Source of the DNA: the human T2T-CHM13v2.0 reference genome, Homo sapiens
Assembly: GCF_009914755.1 (NCBI RefSeq)
Contig: NC_060927.1
DNA length: 64,000 nucleotides
Direction: 5' to 3' (one strand)
Made by a program: the position numbers and the translations under genes
The notes under the pieces: generated by a model
Told to the model about the DNA's origin: nothing
The model's input: only the letters and a program-made list of their open reading frames with translations
Database searches by the model: none
Shown: piece after piece, positions 13,743 through 26,434 of the stretch
Position numbering within the stretch: position 1 is the first letter of the stretch
How the letters are laid out: every line of letters begins with the position of its first letter

Positions 13743-14638
13743 TGAAACAGGATATTTCCCTGACCCCTTCGCGGGACTCTTGACAGGGGTGCCATGTTTA
13801 CTCAGCCTGTCACTCTCAACTCCTTGCTGGAGGGAGTGAGTGGGCAAACGAGGCGGGAACTGGAGTACACCAGCGCTAGAACAAGTTAGCTGCTTCAGTG
13901 TCAACAGGAGCAAACTCCACTAACTTGGACCTGCTCTATTCCACTCCTCACAGGAGGGAGTGTGCAGGTGAGCAGGTGCAGGAGCTGGGGTGAGACTTTT
14001 GGGCACCAGCAGGAGCAAACTCTGTGCAGGCCCCACGACAGCATCTGTGGGGGTACCTGTGACTCCTGAAGCCCCAGTGGGCATGTTACAGTACCCTTTT
14101 AGTTCTGCTGTCCACATATAGTTTAAGTGTCAACAGGTCAGTGGGCCCTTTTTTATCTGCACTCGCTCCTGAGCTCTTGTCTATTGTCAAGGAAAAATGA
14201 GGTTGCATGAACCAATTGAAGGATGGTAAATGCAGGGGATTTTATTGCCAGTGAAAGTAGCTGTCAGTGGGAAGGGGAGCTGAAAAGGGGACAGGTAGGT
14301 AGGTAATCTTGTTCAGAAGTCTGGCCAGAGATGGCTGGATTCTTCTCTGAAGTTACACCCTCAAGCTGTCCCTCTGAAGTCAAGCCACTTGTCTCCAGTG
14401 TCCAGCCATAGTTGTCCTGACATCCAGCTGCTTGTTCCTCTCTGCTGACTGAGTCTAGGGTCTTTATAGGCAGAGGATGAGGTGGGGTGGGGCCATGGGT
14501 GGTTTAGGAAAAGGCAACATTTGAGTGGCAAAACAGGGATTTTGGGCTGCAGTTTCAGGCTTTTCAGCTTGAGAGTGGGGCTTCACCATGAACCCCTCCC
14601 TTTTCTGCCTAGAATTTTTCTGCCTCCTGTCCCTATGA
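13743..14638 (-). mobile_element. ERV1 solo LTR (LTR27/LTR28/MER52 group)
   Basis: 896 bp, GC-rich, 4-bp TSD atat, ends ttctgcctcctgtccctatga. Confidence 0.8.
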
Positions 14639-15403
14639 ATATTAAATCTCTACTTATTCTACTCCTATAATTACTCTGTTAATGCTAATCTCCTAATTAT
14701 GATACATTTTCCAAATTATCTTGGCTATTTTCATGTATTTTCCCAGGTTTAATATCAATTTGTCAAGTTAAAATTAAATACACATCTAAAACAATTGCTT
14801 TTGTAGTGAATTATCTGAAATTTACATATTTATTATTTCCATTAGATAATACGGCATATCTCTCCATTTTTTCAGACATTATTTCATGCCCCTCAGTACA
14901 ATTTTAAAGTTTCCTAGATATTCTAATATTTTTGTTGCATCACTTTATGCAATAGTTTTTTCTTCATTTAATCTACCAAGGAAATAAAAATGTGCTAATA
15001 GGTTTTTTAAATATTGAATCATCCTTGAAAATGGTGTATTTTAAAAATTGTTTTACTGCATTTGATTTTACTGCACTGACATTTTGCTTAGAAATTTTTG
15101 TTTGTATATTAGTAAGGGATAAATCACTAGCACTTTTCTTTTAGTGCTATCTTTTTTTTTTATTCTGATGTGAACATTGCATTGATTTTGTAGTCTGAAT
15201 AACACAAAACTGCCTGTTTTTGGAGAGTTAGTTATACTCTGAGCCTGGAATCTTATTACAGATCTTTGACAAACTTTTCATTTCCTCTCTGGATTAGTAG
15301 TCTACTTGATTTTCTATCTTTTCTTGAGTATTTGTTTCCATTTATGAATGTCTTCTGTATGTATTCAGAGAGATTTTCTGCACAGGTCCTTAGGGATGCT
15401 TAC

Positions 15404-16220
15404 CTCCGCCAGTATTACAGTATTTTGGGCAACTCTTCCCCCAAATAATTCTCTCTAGCACTACCCTCTGACCCTAGATCACACAATTCAATACTACCAA
15501 GTGCTTAAGAAACTTAGTATCTGAGTGCCAGTTAGATTAGTACCACCAATAAAATCATGCTATGCCTTTGTCATATAAGCACAGAAAGGAAACAATCTTG
15601 ACCTCTATATGCCAGCTGGCCACAATAGGCAACCCCAAATTCCCTGATGTGGAATTTTCAAGCAATTGAAACTAAGTCTACATAATTTCCCTAGCAATCA
15701 AAGAGACAACCTCCACCTCCCCACTCCCTCAATCCTTTTTGGTTTTTCACTAACAGCCCTATAATATCACAGCTTTACAAACGTCCTGGCATTTATTTTC
15801 TTGCTGTACAGGGTAGAGACAAAATAAAATCCTTTGTGGACCTGCAAGGAAATTCTCAATTATGTTTTCTTCTTTTACTTGAAACCACCTACTCTTTTTC
15901 TTTGCATATTTTTCAGTTGGATTAAAGAAGGCTGGAGTTGAAAATGTTCTGACACTTAAAAAATAGTTTTTGTCAGGAGGGTTTTTCCCAGTTTGAAAAA
16001 TAATTCAGTGTGCCTCCAAATAAACAAATGCATCACAAGAACTGGAAGCCAAGAGGCTAAAAACCAACCAACCAACCAAACAAACAAAAACAAAAACAAA
16101 AGAAACTCAACCCTAACATCTGCTTAGGTATATGTCAGTACTTGGCGGAAAAAAATTAAACTCACATCTGTTATGGCTGCCTAGATCCCTACAATGTGAC
16201 ATATGCTTCGATAGGTCCAA
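15404..16220 (-). pseudogene. Cluster of 5 relic exons: 16166-16220, 15893-15948, 15779-15803, 15603-15690, 15404-15473
   Basis: Donors GAT|gtgagt, AGA|gtaggt, TTT|gtaaag, GAG|gtcaag, GAG|gtaagc; phases 2/0,0/2,2/0,0/1,1/2 chain to WTYRSICHIVGI*AAITDNIFNSSLL*SN*KICKEKDKKINARTFGNYVDLVSIA*KFHIREFGVAYCGQLAYRGSEGSARENYLGEELPKIL*YWR. Confidence 0.55.
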
Positions 16221-16409
16221 CTGGAAAGCAAGACCCAGGAAGAGACAGATTCAGCTTTCAGCCAATGATTCTTTGGATTGTCAGAAATTTGGCTTTAAGT
16301 TTCAAAATCTGCTCTCGACTTTCTCATTAAATTACCTTACTACAGATAATCAGATGGTGATGTATACAGTTTCAAAATAGAGAAGGTTTAAAAAAATATT
16401 TAGTTCATG

Positions 16410-16555
16410 GAATTGTTTTACAAATGAGGAAACTGAGACACAAGAAGATTCATTAATTTGGTTAATATTCAACAGCTTGGTAGTAGCAGAACTCAGATCA
16501 GAACCTAGATCCCATGACTGAGAAAACATATTCTTTACTCTACATTGCACAGCTT
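16410..16555 (-). mobile_element. MIR
   Basis: ttttacaaatgaggaaactgag. Confidence 0.75.
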
Positions 16556-17023
16556 TTATACAGGTAAAGAATGAACCTTCGAAAACAAGCTGGGGTCTCT
16601 CTTTGGTTCCATGTATACCTGAAGACTCTTGAACCTGCCATATTCCAACAGACATATAAGATTTATGCAGAGTAATGTAAGATGTGGTATGTGGCAAACT
16701 TTAAAAGATATGCAAAATTACATAACTGACACTTTAGAAGACTAAATGAGGTGCATATAAAGCACTTAACATAAAGCTTGGCACCTATACAGAGCTTAAT
16801 AAATGCAGACAGTACCTCGAACATAGAGGCACTCAATTAATATTTGTTGTATCAATGAATATTTATCCATCTTCTTACTAAAGGCTCCTTCTGGGATATT
16901 CCCAACCTTCAAAATAAAGAAAACTGTCTCCCAGGATGAGTACGTTTCTTTAGGCAACAAGATGCCCCTAGCATAAATTCAACACTTTCAGCTGAGAAAC
17001 CTGGGCTGTCAATCTTTAGTTAC

Positions 17024-17179
17024 CTCATGGTGGCAGACAGTACTGGGTTCTTGTCAAAAACTGGACTTTTGTTTGATGTTGTGGCAGAGACTGCTGGTGG
17101 CCCACTGTATAAGTTAACTATTGTGACAGTACTGCTGCATTAGCAAACAACCATGAAGATTTGTGGAAATAGCTCATTA
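17024..17179 (-). pseudogene. Relic exon NELFPQIFMVVC*CSSTVTIVNLYSGPPAVSATTSNKSPVFDKNPVLSATM (156 nt, phase 2/2)
   Basis: cttctcttacctcctccag| acceptor, GAG|gtaact donor, one stop. Confidence 0.6.
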
Positions 17180-17459
17180 CTGGAGGAGGTAAGAGAAGAT
17201 GAGTCCCTATGGGAAAGGGGCAAAAAGCGAGGATGCAGGCTTTAAAGGAATATTTTCATGGAGGAAGATTATAAGAATAGCATTTTCCTTGTCTTCCTTT
17301 TAAGAACTAGAGGCATTTAATTGCATCAGAAATAAGTATTACTATGATGTCCATCTCTTCATAACACAGTGACTAAGACTACAGAGAGAAAACTCTAGTT
17401 CCTTTACAGTGCTCACCCATTGTAGCAAATGGGGAAGTCAATCACGTTTCAAAATCACG

Positions 17460-17610
17460 TGGATATGAGTCAGCATGCTGGTTCCTGACTTACTAGATCT
17501 TGCACAATATATCAGTAATAAGCCTAAATTTCCCAATCTAGCTGTAAAATGGGGATAATGTTAGGATCTACTCAGAAGGTTTGTGGGTATATTTATATGA
17601 AACACCTTGC
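17460..17610 (+). mobile_element. MIR
   Basis: ctgtaaaatggggataat. Confidence 0.65.
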
Positions 17611-17987
17611 TTTAGGCCTATCTTTTAATATTTGGTTGGGTCTGGCTGCTCCAGCATCAACAAGTTATACCAGGTCCTTCTCCCAAACCCTCCAAAAGGC
17701 CCGACCATACACCTGACTTTCGTGGATGGAGATGGTATCTCATCAGGACAATACCATTTAATTCTTTTTCTTTTATCTCTATTATTCTGGCACCAATTTG
17801 ATAGTCACCATCACCTCACGGTTAGGACTTAGACACATAGTAGGAGTTCACTACACTGTAGTGGTTTCCCCCTCAGCAATTGCGCTGCAAGAAAATACTT
17901 AGAATTAAAAAACAAAGTAGGACACTAACTAAAAGGAACTCGAGAGTTGGCAGGTTGGTAGGTAACTAGCCATGGTGTGATGCTCAC

Positions 17988-18094
17988 CTGAGTAAAACAA
18001 TGGTGGAGAATAGCAAATAGGAAGATAGGACGAGACAATGTGGAGTGCTATTGTAAGTCTACTAGGTGAATTGCATTATTTGTAGCAAACTGAG
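17988..18094 (-). pseudogene. Relic exon QFATNNAIHLVDLQ*HSTLSRPIFLFAILHHCFTQ (107 nt; frame ambiguous)
   Basis: gatttctcactttacag| acceptor, CAG|gtgagc donor; resembles MTTP EALQRPTLLHLIH. Confidence 0.6.
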
Positions 18095-18249
18095 CTGTAA
18101 AGTGAGAAATCAGTGAGATGTGAGATTTGCTGATGATATTGGATAACAATGAAGTAAAAACCAGCAATTTGGAGACTTCACCTGACTTGAACAAAATGTT
18201 TTCAAGTAGAAGTATTATGAATTCTGAGTTACAAAAAATCATTTTAGCT

Positions 18250-20200
18250 TTTTAAAAAATTGTTGAGTTAATTGTAGATTCATATGCAATTATAAGACAT
18301 CGTACAATGAGACCCTGTGGAGCCTTTTCTAAGTTTTCCCCAGTGGTAACAACTTGCAAAGCTATGGAACAATATCACAACTAGGATGTTGACATTGATG
18401 CAGTCAAGATACAGAATAATTCCATCACCACAAGAGTCTTTTAAATTATCCTTTTATAGTCATACCCACTTTCCTAAGAGCCCCATTTCTCGCTTAACCC
18501 CTAGCAACCACTAACCTGTTCTCCATTTCTATAATTTTATCATTTATAAATGGAAATGTAACTTTTTGAGATTGGCTTCTTTCCCCCACTCTGCACAATT
18601 CTCTAGATTTTCATCTAGATGGTTGCGTGAATTGATAGTTCATTCTTATTTACTGCTGACTAGTACTCTATAAGTATGCACATATTACAGTTTCTTCAAC
18701 CATTCTACCACGGAAGGACACCTGTATTGTTTCTAATTTGGGGCTACCATAAATAAAGCTGCTATATTCGTGTACAGGTTTTTATGTGAACACCAGTGTT
18801 CATTTATCTGGAAAATTGTCTACGTGTGCAGTTGCTGGGTTGTATGGTAGTTACATGTTCAATGGTTTTTTTTTTCTTTTCTTTTTTTTTTTTTTTTTTT
18901 AACAAAACCACCAAACTATTTTCTGGAGTGGCTGAACAATTTTACATCCCCTCCAGCAGTACATGAGTCATTCAGTTTCTTTCTCCACATCCTACCACCA
19001 TTTGGCATTGTCACTATTTTTTATTTTAGCCATTCTGATAGGTGTGTAGTGATATCTCATTGTGGTTTTAATTTGCATTTCCCTAATCGCTAATGATGCT
19101 GAGCTTCTTTTCATATGCTTATTTGCCACCTGTATATCTTCTTTGGTGAAATGTGTCTTCATGTCTTTTTCCCATGTACTAGTTGAATTGTTTTCATTTT
19201 TGCTGCTGAATTTTGAGAGCAATTTGTGTTAGAGATACTAGCCTTTGTCAGATATATGGCTGGCAAATATATTCTCCCAAACTGTAGCTTTTCTTTTCAT
19301 TCTCTTAATAGAGTCTTTTGCTGAGCAAAAGTTTTTAATTTTTATGAGGTCCAATTTATTTCTTCCCTTCTTGGAGTATGCTTTTGGTATTAAGTCTAAG
19401 AACTCTGCCTAAGAACTCTGCCTAGTCCTAGATTCCAAAGATTTTCTTCTGTTTTAGTCCTAAAAGTTTTACAGTTTCATATGTAAGTCCATTATGTATC
19501 TTGAGTTAATTTTTATGAGGTGTGAGGTTTAAGTAAAGGTTCATTTTTTTTGTCTATAGATGTCCAACTACTCCAGCATCACTTGCTGAAAAAGCTAATC
19601 TTCCCCATTAAATTGGTCTTGTGCTTTTGGGGAAAAAAATAATTTTGGCCTATTTGTGTGGGTTCTATTCTCTTTCTGGCTTTTCTGCTCTGTCCGATTG
19701 ATCTATGTGTCCATCCCTCTGCCAATATTACACAGTCTTGATTACTGTAGGTATATAACAAGCCTTAATATTTGATAGAGTGATACCTTCTGTTTTATTT
19801 TTCTTTGTGAAAATTGTTTTGGCTATTCTATGGCTTGTTCTTTTCCATACAAATTTTAGAATAAGCTTGTTCTACCTACAACAGAACTTGCTTGAATTTT
19901 AATAGGAATTGTGTTAAACCTGTATATCAGTCTGGGGACAATTGACATCTCTAATATGTTAAGTCTTCCAGTTCATGAATAGAGTATATTCTTCATGTAT
20001 TTAGGTCTTATGTGATTTATTTCATCAAAATTTTGTAATTTTTAGCATGCAGATTTATACTTGTTTTGTTAAGTTTATATCTAAATATTTCATTTTTTTG
20101 GAGTGGTTATAAATGGTATTGTGTTTTAAATTTTGCTTTCCACATGTTCATTGTTAGTGTTTTAAAATGGGATTGATTTTTGCATGTTGATCTTGTAAAT
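18250..20200 (-). mobile_element. L1MC-type 3' region, about 1.95 kb
   Basis: ORF 18992-19222 [26 protein letters not shown] is the L1 ORF2 C-terminus; L1MC 3' UTR. Confidence 0.9.
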
Positions 20201-20429
20201 TGATCTTTTAGAATCAATGTTATTTAAAAATGTATTTATTAGTAGTCTATTCTGTGTAAATTACATCATATCTTGGGGAATATTAAAGTGTAATTATCAC
20301 TACTTATATTGTATTCCATATATGGAATAATTTTAATCCATAGATTTGATGAGATGTCCTGCAAAGAGACAGGGAGGAAGTATTGGGTAAAATGAGTCTA
20401 AAGAGTACAAGATGGGGGAAAGATTGCAG

Positions 20430-20615
20430 ATCTAAGATTTGAAATACCTAGATTCTAGTTGCCTTCCAGATATTTTCTATGGCTCGGGTAAGCCACTGAA
20501 TGACTATCTCATCTGTAAATGGTTCATACCACTTAAGTACTTTTTATTCCCCAGCAACATATTTTAGAATCCAATGAGATCATACTCATGCTTTGGAAAT
20601 ATAGAAATGCTACAC
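20430..20615 (+). mobile_element. MIR
   Basis: ctcatctgtaaatgg core. Confidence 0.5.
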
Positions 20616-20915
20616 TAAGATAAAGTTAAATTTTCTTTCCTTGAGTGATTTAAGTAATTAAGAGTCGTTTTCGACTTGGAAAATGCTTTTAAGTTTTAGT
20701 ATCAAGGTGAGATGTGTATTATCAAGGTAGCCTGTCTACAAACAGCCATGCAGCCATGGTTCTGGGGAATGGGAGTTAATTACATCACACTATGTATGAG
20801 TGAGTGTCCCTTCCATCCAGGCCAACTGGGCATTATTACAAGTACAAGTAATTGCCTTGCCTTTCATCACTCGCCTAAATCATTAGAACACAAGATTATT
20901 AAACTAAGACCTTAC

Positions 20916-21200
20916 CAATTTAGCTGCTCAATGATGAAGTCTATTAGACCATCTGCTACCTTATCAACACCAGGCACAGCAAGTCCAGGCAACTTTATAC
21001 CCAACATGTAGCATCATACTGCTTCCAATAGGTCCATATACTGTTTTTAAAGTGATTGTTATTTAATTGCTAGGGCTAACAAGCAATCCAACAACTGCTT
21101 CTCAGCTGTCAGTAAGACTTGCCAAAAGTGGACTGTTTGGTTCAGAAAGAGCCATCCCACAGCGTAAGTTTGTTTCAAATCATGTTATTCAGGCTAGAGT
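20916..21200 (-). pseudogene. Two relic exons, 21123-21200 and 20916-21040: TLA*IT*FETNLRCGMALSEPNSPLL / YMDLLEAV*CYMLGIKLPGLAVPGVDKVADGLIDFIIEQLN
   Basis: atctttccag|, TTG|gcaagt (GC donor), 82-nt intron, aaaacag|, TTG|gtaagg; phase 0 join; all stops TGA. Confidence 0.6.
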
Positions 21201-21544
21201 CTGGAAAGATTATTTCAGGAAGGTATGACTCTTAAAGACACAGGATTATGACCACATCCTCCTCTCAGCTCATGTTCTCTCACTATATGAAGGCACAGTT
21301 ATTTTAAGGTGAATAGCAGAAAGAAATGTGAATATAGAAAATATGCACATTTATAGTTATCTCCTCTCTCTGGTCTTTCCTCTCTGTTCTACCTCTTATC
21401 TTTACCTGAAGGCTGAAGTCACTTCTATATTGTTCACTATCATATCCAGCACCTGGTAGGTCTTTAACAAATATTTCATAAATGAGTGAATGTTATCTAA
21501 GTGAATATATAGGTACACTCACATATACAGGGAGAGAGGTGAGA

Positions 21545-21640
21545 GATGATGTGCACACAGAGTTTGATGATGATGTGCACACAGAGTTTGATGATGATGT
21601 GCACACAGAGTTTGATGATGATGTGCACACAGAGTTTGAT
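21545..21640. repeat. 24-bp minisatellite, 4 perfect copies (gatgatgtgcacacagagtttgat)
   Basis: Seen directly. Confidence 0.97.
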
Positions 21641-21958
21641 GGGAGGAGGAAGAAATGCTTGCAGGAAGCCCTAGGCAGTTTAGTCACCTCTTTCTCTTTC
21701 AGGTACTACTGAGAATCAAAAAAACTAGAAGAAATGATCTGGATAACTTGGAGAACTGACATATTAGTAAAGCACTGAAAAGGAAAAACGACAATGTCTT
21801 GGGTAAAAATGGAATGGGGGCTTTGCCATCCTCTTCTCCCAAATAAAGCCTGTTGTACCATTCTTCAGTGACACAGCTCCTCCACGAATCCCTAATACCT
21901 GCAGTAATGAGGTGTAACCTACTTTCTGGCACTTAACCATATATTGCTTGATAGTGGT

Positions 21959-22718
21959 TGATACAGTTTGGATGTGTGTCCCTGCCCAAATCTCATACTG
22001 CAAGGTAATCTCCCTGTTGGAGGTGGGCCTGGTGGGAGGTGATATGGTTTGGCTCTGTGTTCCCACCCAAATCTCATCTTGAATTGTACCGCCATAATTC
22101 CTACATGTTGTGGGAGGGACTCGATGGGAAATAATTGGGAATCATGGGGGCAGTTTCTCCCATACTATTCTCGTGGTAGTGAATAAGTCTCACGAGATCT
22201 GATGGGTTTATCAGGGGTTTCCACTTTTGCATCCTTCTCATTTTCTCTTGCCACCGCCACATAAGAAGTGTATTTTGCCTCCCGCCATGGTTCTGAGGCC
22301 TCCCCAGCCACATGGAACTGTTAAGTCCAACTAAACCTCTTTTTCTTCCCAGTCTCGGATATGTCTTTATCAGCTACATGAGGTGGTTAGATGCTGGGGG
22401 CAGATTTCTCATAAATGGTTTTGTACCACCTTGCTTAGTACTGTCCTCATGATAGTGAGTGAGTTCTTGTAACATCTGGTCATTTAAAAATGTGTAGCAC
22501 CTCCTTCCTCACACTGATGCTCCTGCTTTTGCCATGTGAGCTGCCTGGTCCCCCTATGCCTTCTGCATGATTGTAAGCTTCCTGAGGCCTCCCCTGAAGA
22601 AGATGCCACTATACTTCCTGTACAGCCTACAGAACTATGAGCCAATTAAATCTCTTTTCTTTATAAATTACCCAGTCTCAAATATTTCTTTATAGCAATG
22701 CAAGAATAGACTAATTCA
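21959..22718 (+). mobile_element. MSTA solo LTR
   Basis: tgatacagtttgg...gactaattca; TSD gtggt/gaggt. Confidence 0.85.
22040..22378 (+). mobile_element. THE1A solo LTR nested in MSTA
   Basis: tgatatggtttggc start, THE1A-type gggtttatcaggggtttcc, TSD ggagg/tgagg. Confidence 0.88.
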
Positions 22719-22901
22719 GAGGTATTCACCAAAGTGTATGACAACATTATAAGTTCATCGAAAGCAAGACTGTGGTTGCATGTGTACCATAGCTGGCTAA
22801 GTACATAATACATATTGACCCTTGCAGACTGACTAATGGAAGCAGCTATGTTTTATCTCCTCAGCAGGTTGACAGAGAAGGAACATGTATCTCTAGGTCA
22901 C

Positions 22902-24311
22902 TTCCTATTATGTTTTTCAAAGGTTCCAGGTGGTAAATCCACAACTTCAAAAATTCCCTTCTGGTACCCTTAAAAGAATTAGTGGATAACAGGGCCCCTC
23001 CCTTAAAAAATTTTCCCCTCTTATTACTTCACTCAGATTGCTTAGGATGTCAAATTCATTTGGAACATTTGAAAAAAGCGAGGGTATAATGAAAACAGTG
23101 GGTTCTTTGAAGTCAGACAAACTGGGTTCAAATCCAGTCTCATTCCTCCTTATAACTCTGAGAACAAAGGCAAGTTATTTAACCTCTCAAACGTTGTGCT
23201 TTCTTCTTTTATAAAAAGGTGGTGATGAGTGGTTGTTAGAATTAAACGTGTATAAAGCTATTAATTGAGATAATGCCTGTCATTTAGGTAATTATCAACT
23301 TTGACCTCTATGATCCTTGATTTCTCTTCCGAAGAAGAGGATAATGGTGATATTCATTTCATATGGTTAGTGTAAGTATTGAATGTACAGCCCAGAGGGA
23401 AGAGTAAAGGGGGGTGGTGGTATGTGAAAGTTACTGTTTTGAGGATATATTTTACTCCATGATAATTAATTTAAAGCATTGTTCACATTAAAGCAAACAC
23501 AGAGGTATATTTAAATAGAAAGGAATACGCATGATTTCATACTAAAACACACATTTCAGAGCAAATTTCTGGTTTGCTCCAGGATATACAGGGCCACTCC
23601 TTAGATGCTATGGAATTATGTATACCCATTCTGCTGTTAAGGTAGTTTGGAGGAACAATTTGGAAAACACTAAGAAAATCATTGGTAAACCATAAAACAC
23701 AAAAAATGTTAATTGAAATGATACATCTGGTGTCTGCTAAGCTTATTCAGTATGACCAAGAGGCAGGGGTCAGACACACAAATCAAGCATAAATTTGTTC
23801 TGCTACATTTTTAGCATATGCCTATATCCACCAGCTCCAGTATTCTTCCCTCTAACACTGTCCACCAAAGGTTGTTCCACTTCCCTTGGGAGACTGAAAA
23901 ATTCTTTGAGAACTGATTGGCCTTGTGGATTTAATTCCCCTAAGGAGACATTAAGGTAGATTCCAGCAAGTTTCTGGGGGTTTTTCAAGTGAATCTGATT
24001 CACCGTATTCTCCCTTCAGAGAAAGTGGCAAACACTAAGTTTCCAAGTCACAGGAATATCACACTTTATACTGCCTGCAAGAGTTTTCTAACTGCTAACC
24101 TGATAATCTGATGCTTAGTTTTCTTAACAATTCATCCTATGTATATCTAAAAGTTACATATTATTGGGAAATTTTTGTGTTCAGAAAGCTATTTGTTACA
24201 AAAATTATATTCACACTTCCCCTGTCACCATCATAATAATCAACACAAAATCCTCCTGGAAAACAGCAAGTGAATATGTGATAAGCCAATGGTATAACTG
24301 GGCTACTATAC
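22902..24311 (-). pseudogene. Four candidate relic exons: 24229-24311, about 23866-23939, 23626-23669, 22902-22968
   Basis: Open peptides YSSPVIPLAYHIFTCCFPGGFCVDYYD(G)ELNPQGQSVLKEFFSLPREVEQPL and VFQIVPPNYLNSRM(G)YQKGIFEVVDLPPGTFEKHNR; acceptors aatccgcag, gtctccttag, ttttcttag, cttttaag; some donors weak. Confidence 0.5.
23080..23390 (+). mobile_element. MIR (two fragments)
   Basis: agtcagacaaactgggttcaaatcc...ggcaagttatttaacctctc. Confidence 0.75.
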
Positions 24312-24354
24312 CTGCGGATTATTAGTTGCACATGGTAGACAGTCAAGGTTGGGT

Positions 24355-24515
24355 GATTTATTTATTCATTCAACAAATATTTGCTGAAGGCCTAAAATAG
24401 GCCAGACACTTGCCAAGGCATCAGATGGATAGATGGATGAATGGATGGACAGATGGATGGATGGATGAATGGATGGATAGATACACTTATGATGATTACA
24501 TCAATGAATGGATGG
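24355..24515. repeat. L2 tail (minus) followed by (GGAT)n
   Basis: attcattcaacaaatattt; gatggatggatg. Confidence 0.75.
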
Positions 24516-24740
24516 CTCTCCAAAATGCATGACAACTAACATCTGATTTAAACTAACATTGTAACCCTAGAAAAGAGCAAGGGTAGAGAACATTTTTTTT
24601 TTTTTTTTTTAAGAAAAAAGGTCAGGTCTATAACTACTGGGACACACACTATTTTAGATATAACTTGGGCTCTGAGCAGAATTTGTTGGGTGTTTGTGAT
24701 AGTTAATCATAGGAAAAATTACAAGTAATTTCAAACTTAC

Positions 24741-24872
24741 TAAGTAAAAGCTTTTCTTTGATTTCACAGCCAATATACAGATTCCCTTAATCCTACTTGG
24801 AATAAATATTTTGATTTTCCCCTGTTAGAGACTCTCAGCTCTAGCTTGTTGGAGAAGTACCAGCTTTCAAAT
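24741..24872 (-). pseudogene. Relic exon FESWYFSNKLELRVSNRGKSKYLFQVGLRESVYWL*NQRKAFT (132 nt, phase 2/2)
   Basis: ttttaattttctccttag| acceptor, TTA|gtaagt donor; resembles the LLTP motif LFEVGLR. Confidence 0.7.
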
Positions 24873-25174
24873 CTAAGGAGAAAATTAAAATTTCTGTTAT
24901 GTTTTAATTTATATTTTCAGTTTTTATAAGCTATGCTCAAACTTTGCTTTTGGAAAAATCATTTATCTTAGTGATTGCCTGCCACATCTATGTAGTACAT
25001 TGATTACAAATGTCAGCTTCCTGGAAGACCAGGACTTTCTGGCTGTCTTGTTTATTTCGTTGCAACATGGTCCAGTGTAGAATGAATGAATGAATGAATG
25101 AATGAATTCAAAATGCAGACTAAGTTTTATCATTGCTGTTGTGACATTCTACCTTCCTACACATTGGACCATAC

Positions 25175-25947
25175 CTCTCCATCACATTCTAACTCTTCAT
25201 CTTTGCAGCTCCATTTTATCCTTGATAGCAGGGCATATTGAAAGAAAAAAGTGAAAGCAGTAGGAACAAAGAAAATATATTAAAAGTTAACATTTATTGT
25301 ATTTAAATAAAGTCAGAAAAAGCCATACGTATTGTATCAGTCATTTCTTTCTCCTAGGCCACATAATAACAGTGGTTATAACATGTTTAAAAAGTAGATA
25401 TTCTCTCCTAGCAAGGTCCAAGTCTTGAAATAGACCAAGCTACCCACTTTCTCTGTTATAAGCAAAATATTCTAGAATCACATAGAAATAGTCCTAGTTG
25501 ATATTTTTTCCCCAAGTCTTATTAGGGTCTGGCTTTGAGACTGTATAATTTTCACCCACCAAGACAATGGTTAAAATAATACCTGGATCCATTTATACAG
25601 AAAATGTCAAATAAATTCTATCCTCCTCAAATTACTGACAGCTTGCTAGATGTTTACCACACTTATTTATTCCATTAATAGAACTTAGGCATTATTTTAA
25701 ATACTAATAATCATAATCATAATAATACCTTCACGATCTTCTCCCCAGCATATTGGTTTTGCCCAATGCTGATTCTTTTGAAATTCAGCAGATATCTTTG
25801 AAAGCTCTGGAATGAAGTACTCACAAGTATAAAATCAGAAAAAAATACCCATCTATACCACTGAAAGCTGACTTGCCAAGACATGTATATGTAGGTCTAG
25901 CCTGTCTTGAGGCAATACTTTATTTCAATTCAGAATATTTTCCAAGG
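25175..25947 (-). pseudogene. Four relic exons: 25877-25947, 25729-25806, 25583-25645, 25175-25237
   Basis: LENILN*NKVLPQDRLDLHIHVL / SFQRYLLNFKRISIGQNQYAGEKIVK / QAVSNLRRIEFI*HFLYKWIQ / YALLSRIKWSCKDEELECDGE, all phase-0 joins; last acceptor apparently mutated (caa). Confidence 0.6.
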
Positions 25948-26027
25948 CTAGAAAAAAGACGGCTAATACATCATTTGGGACCAGAAGTGTCATGCCCAGG
26001 TTGAAGTTGCACCTGAAAGATCCTGTC

Positions 26028-26434
26028 TGCTATAGGCTGAATTTTGCCTTTCCTCTCCTGTCCCCAAATTCATATGTTGAAATCCTAAGCTCCCGTGCCT
26101 CACACTGTGACTGTATTTGGAGATGAGTCCTTACAGAGGTATTTAAGGTCAAATGAGGCCATATGGTTGGGCCTAATCCAATATGACTGGTGTCCTTATA
26201 AGAGTAGGAGATTAGGGCAGGCACACAGAGAGAGAGCCTGTGAATGAAGACACAGAGAGAAGATGGTCATCTGCAAGCCAAGAAGAGAGGCCTAAGAAGG
26301 AACCAACCTTGCTGATGCCTTGATCTTGTTGATCTTGGGCTCCTACGCTCCAGAATCATGAGAAAACAAGTTTCTGTTGTTTGAGCCACCCAGTCTGTGG
26401 TACCTCATCTTGGCAGCACTAGCAAATTAATAGA
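26028..26434 (+). mobile_element. MLT1B solo LTR
   Basis: tgctataggctgaatt start; TSD ctgtc/gtgtc. Confidence 0.85.

Larger units (their letters stand above)
12690..15200 (-). mobile_element. L1ME fragment interrupted by FLAM and an ERV1 LTR
   Basis: Reverse L1 motifs (taatggaatc; tttattggccatttgtg; ttcttggctatt). Confidence 0.65.

Noticed and set aside
16166-17179. Sec1/Munc18-like WTYxxxxH motif
   Set aside because: Spacing does not match and flanking exons show no Sec1 similarity
21482-21712. ORF with DDVHTEFD repeats; CRISPR-like appearance
   Set aside because: Head-to-tail minisatellite with no spacers, in eukaryotic context with no cas genes
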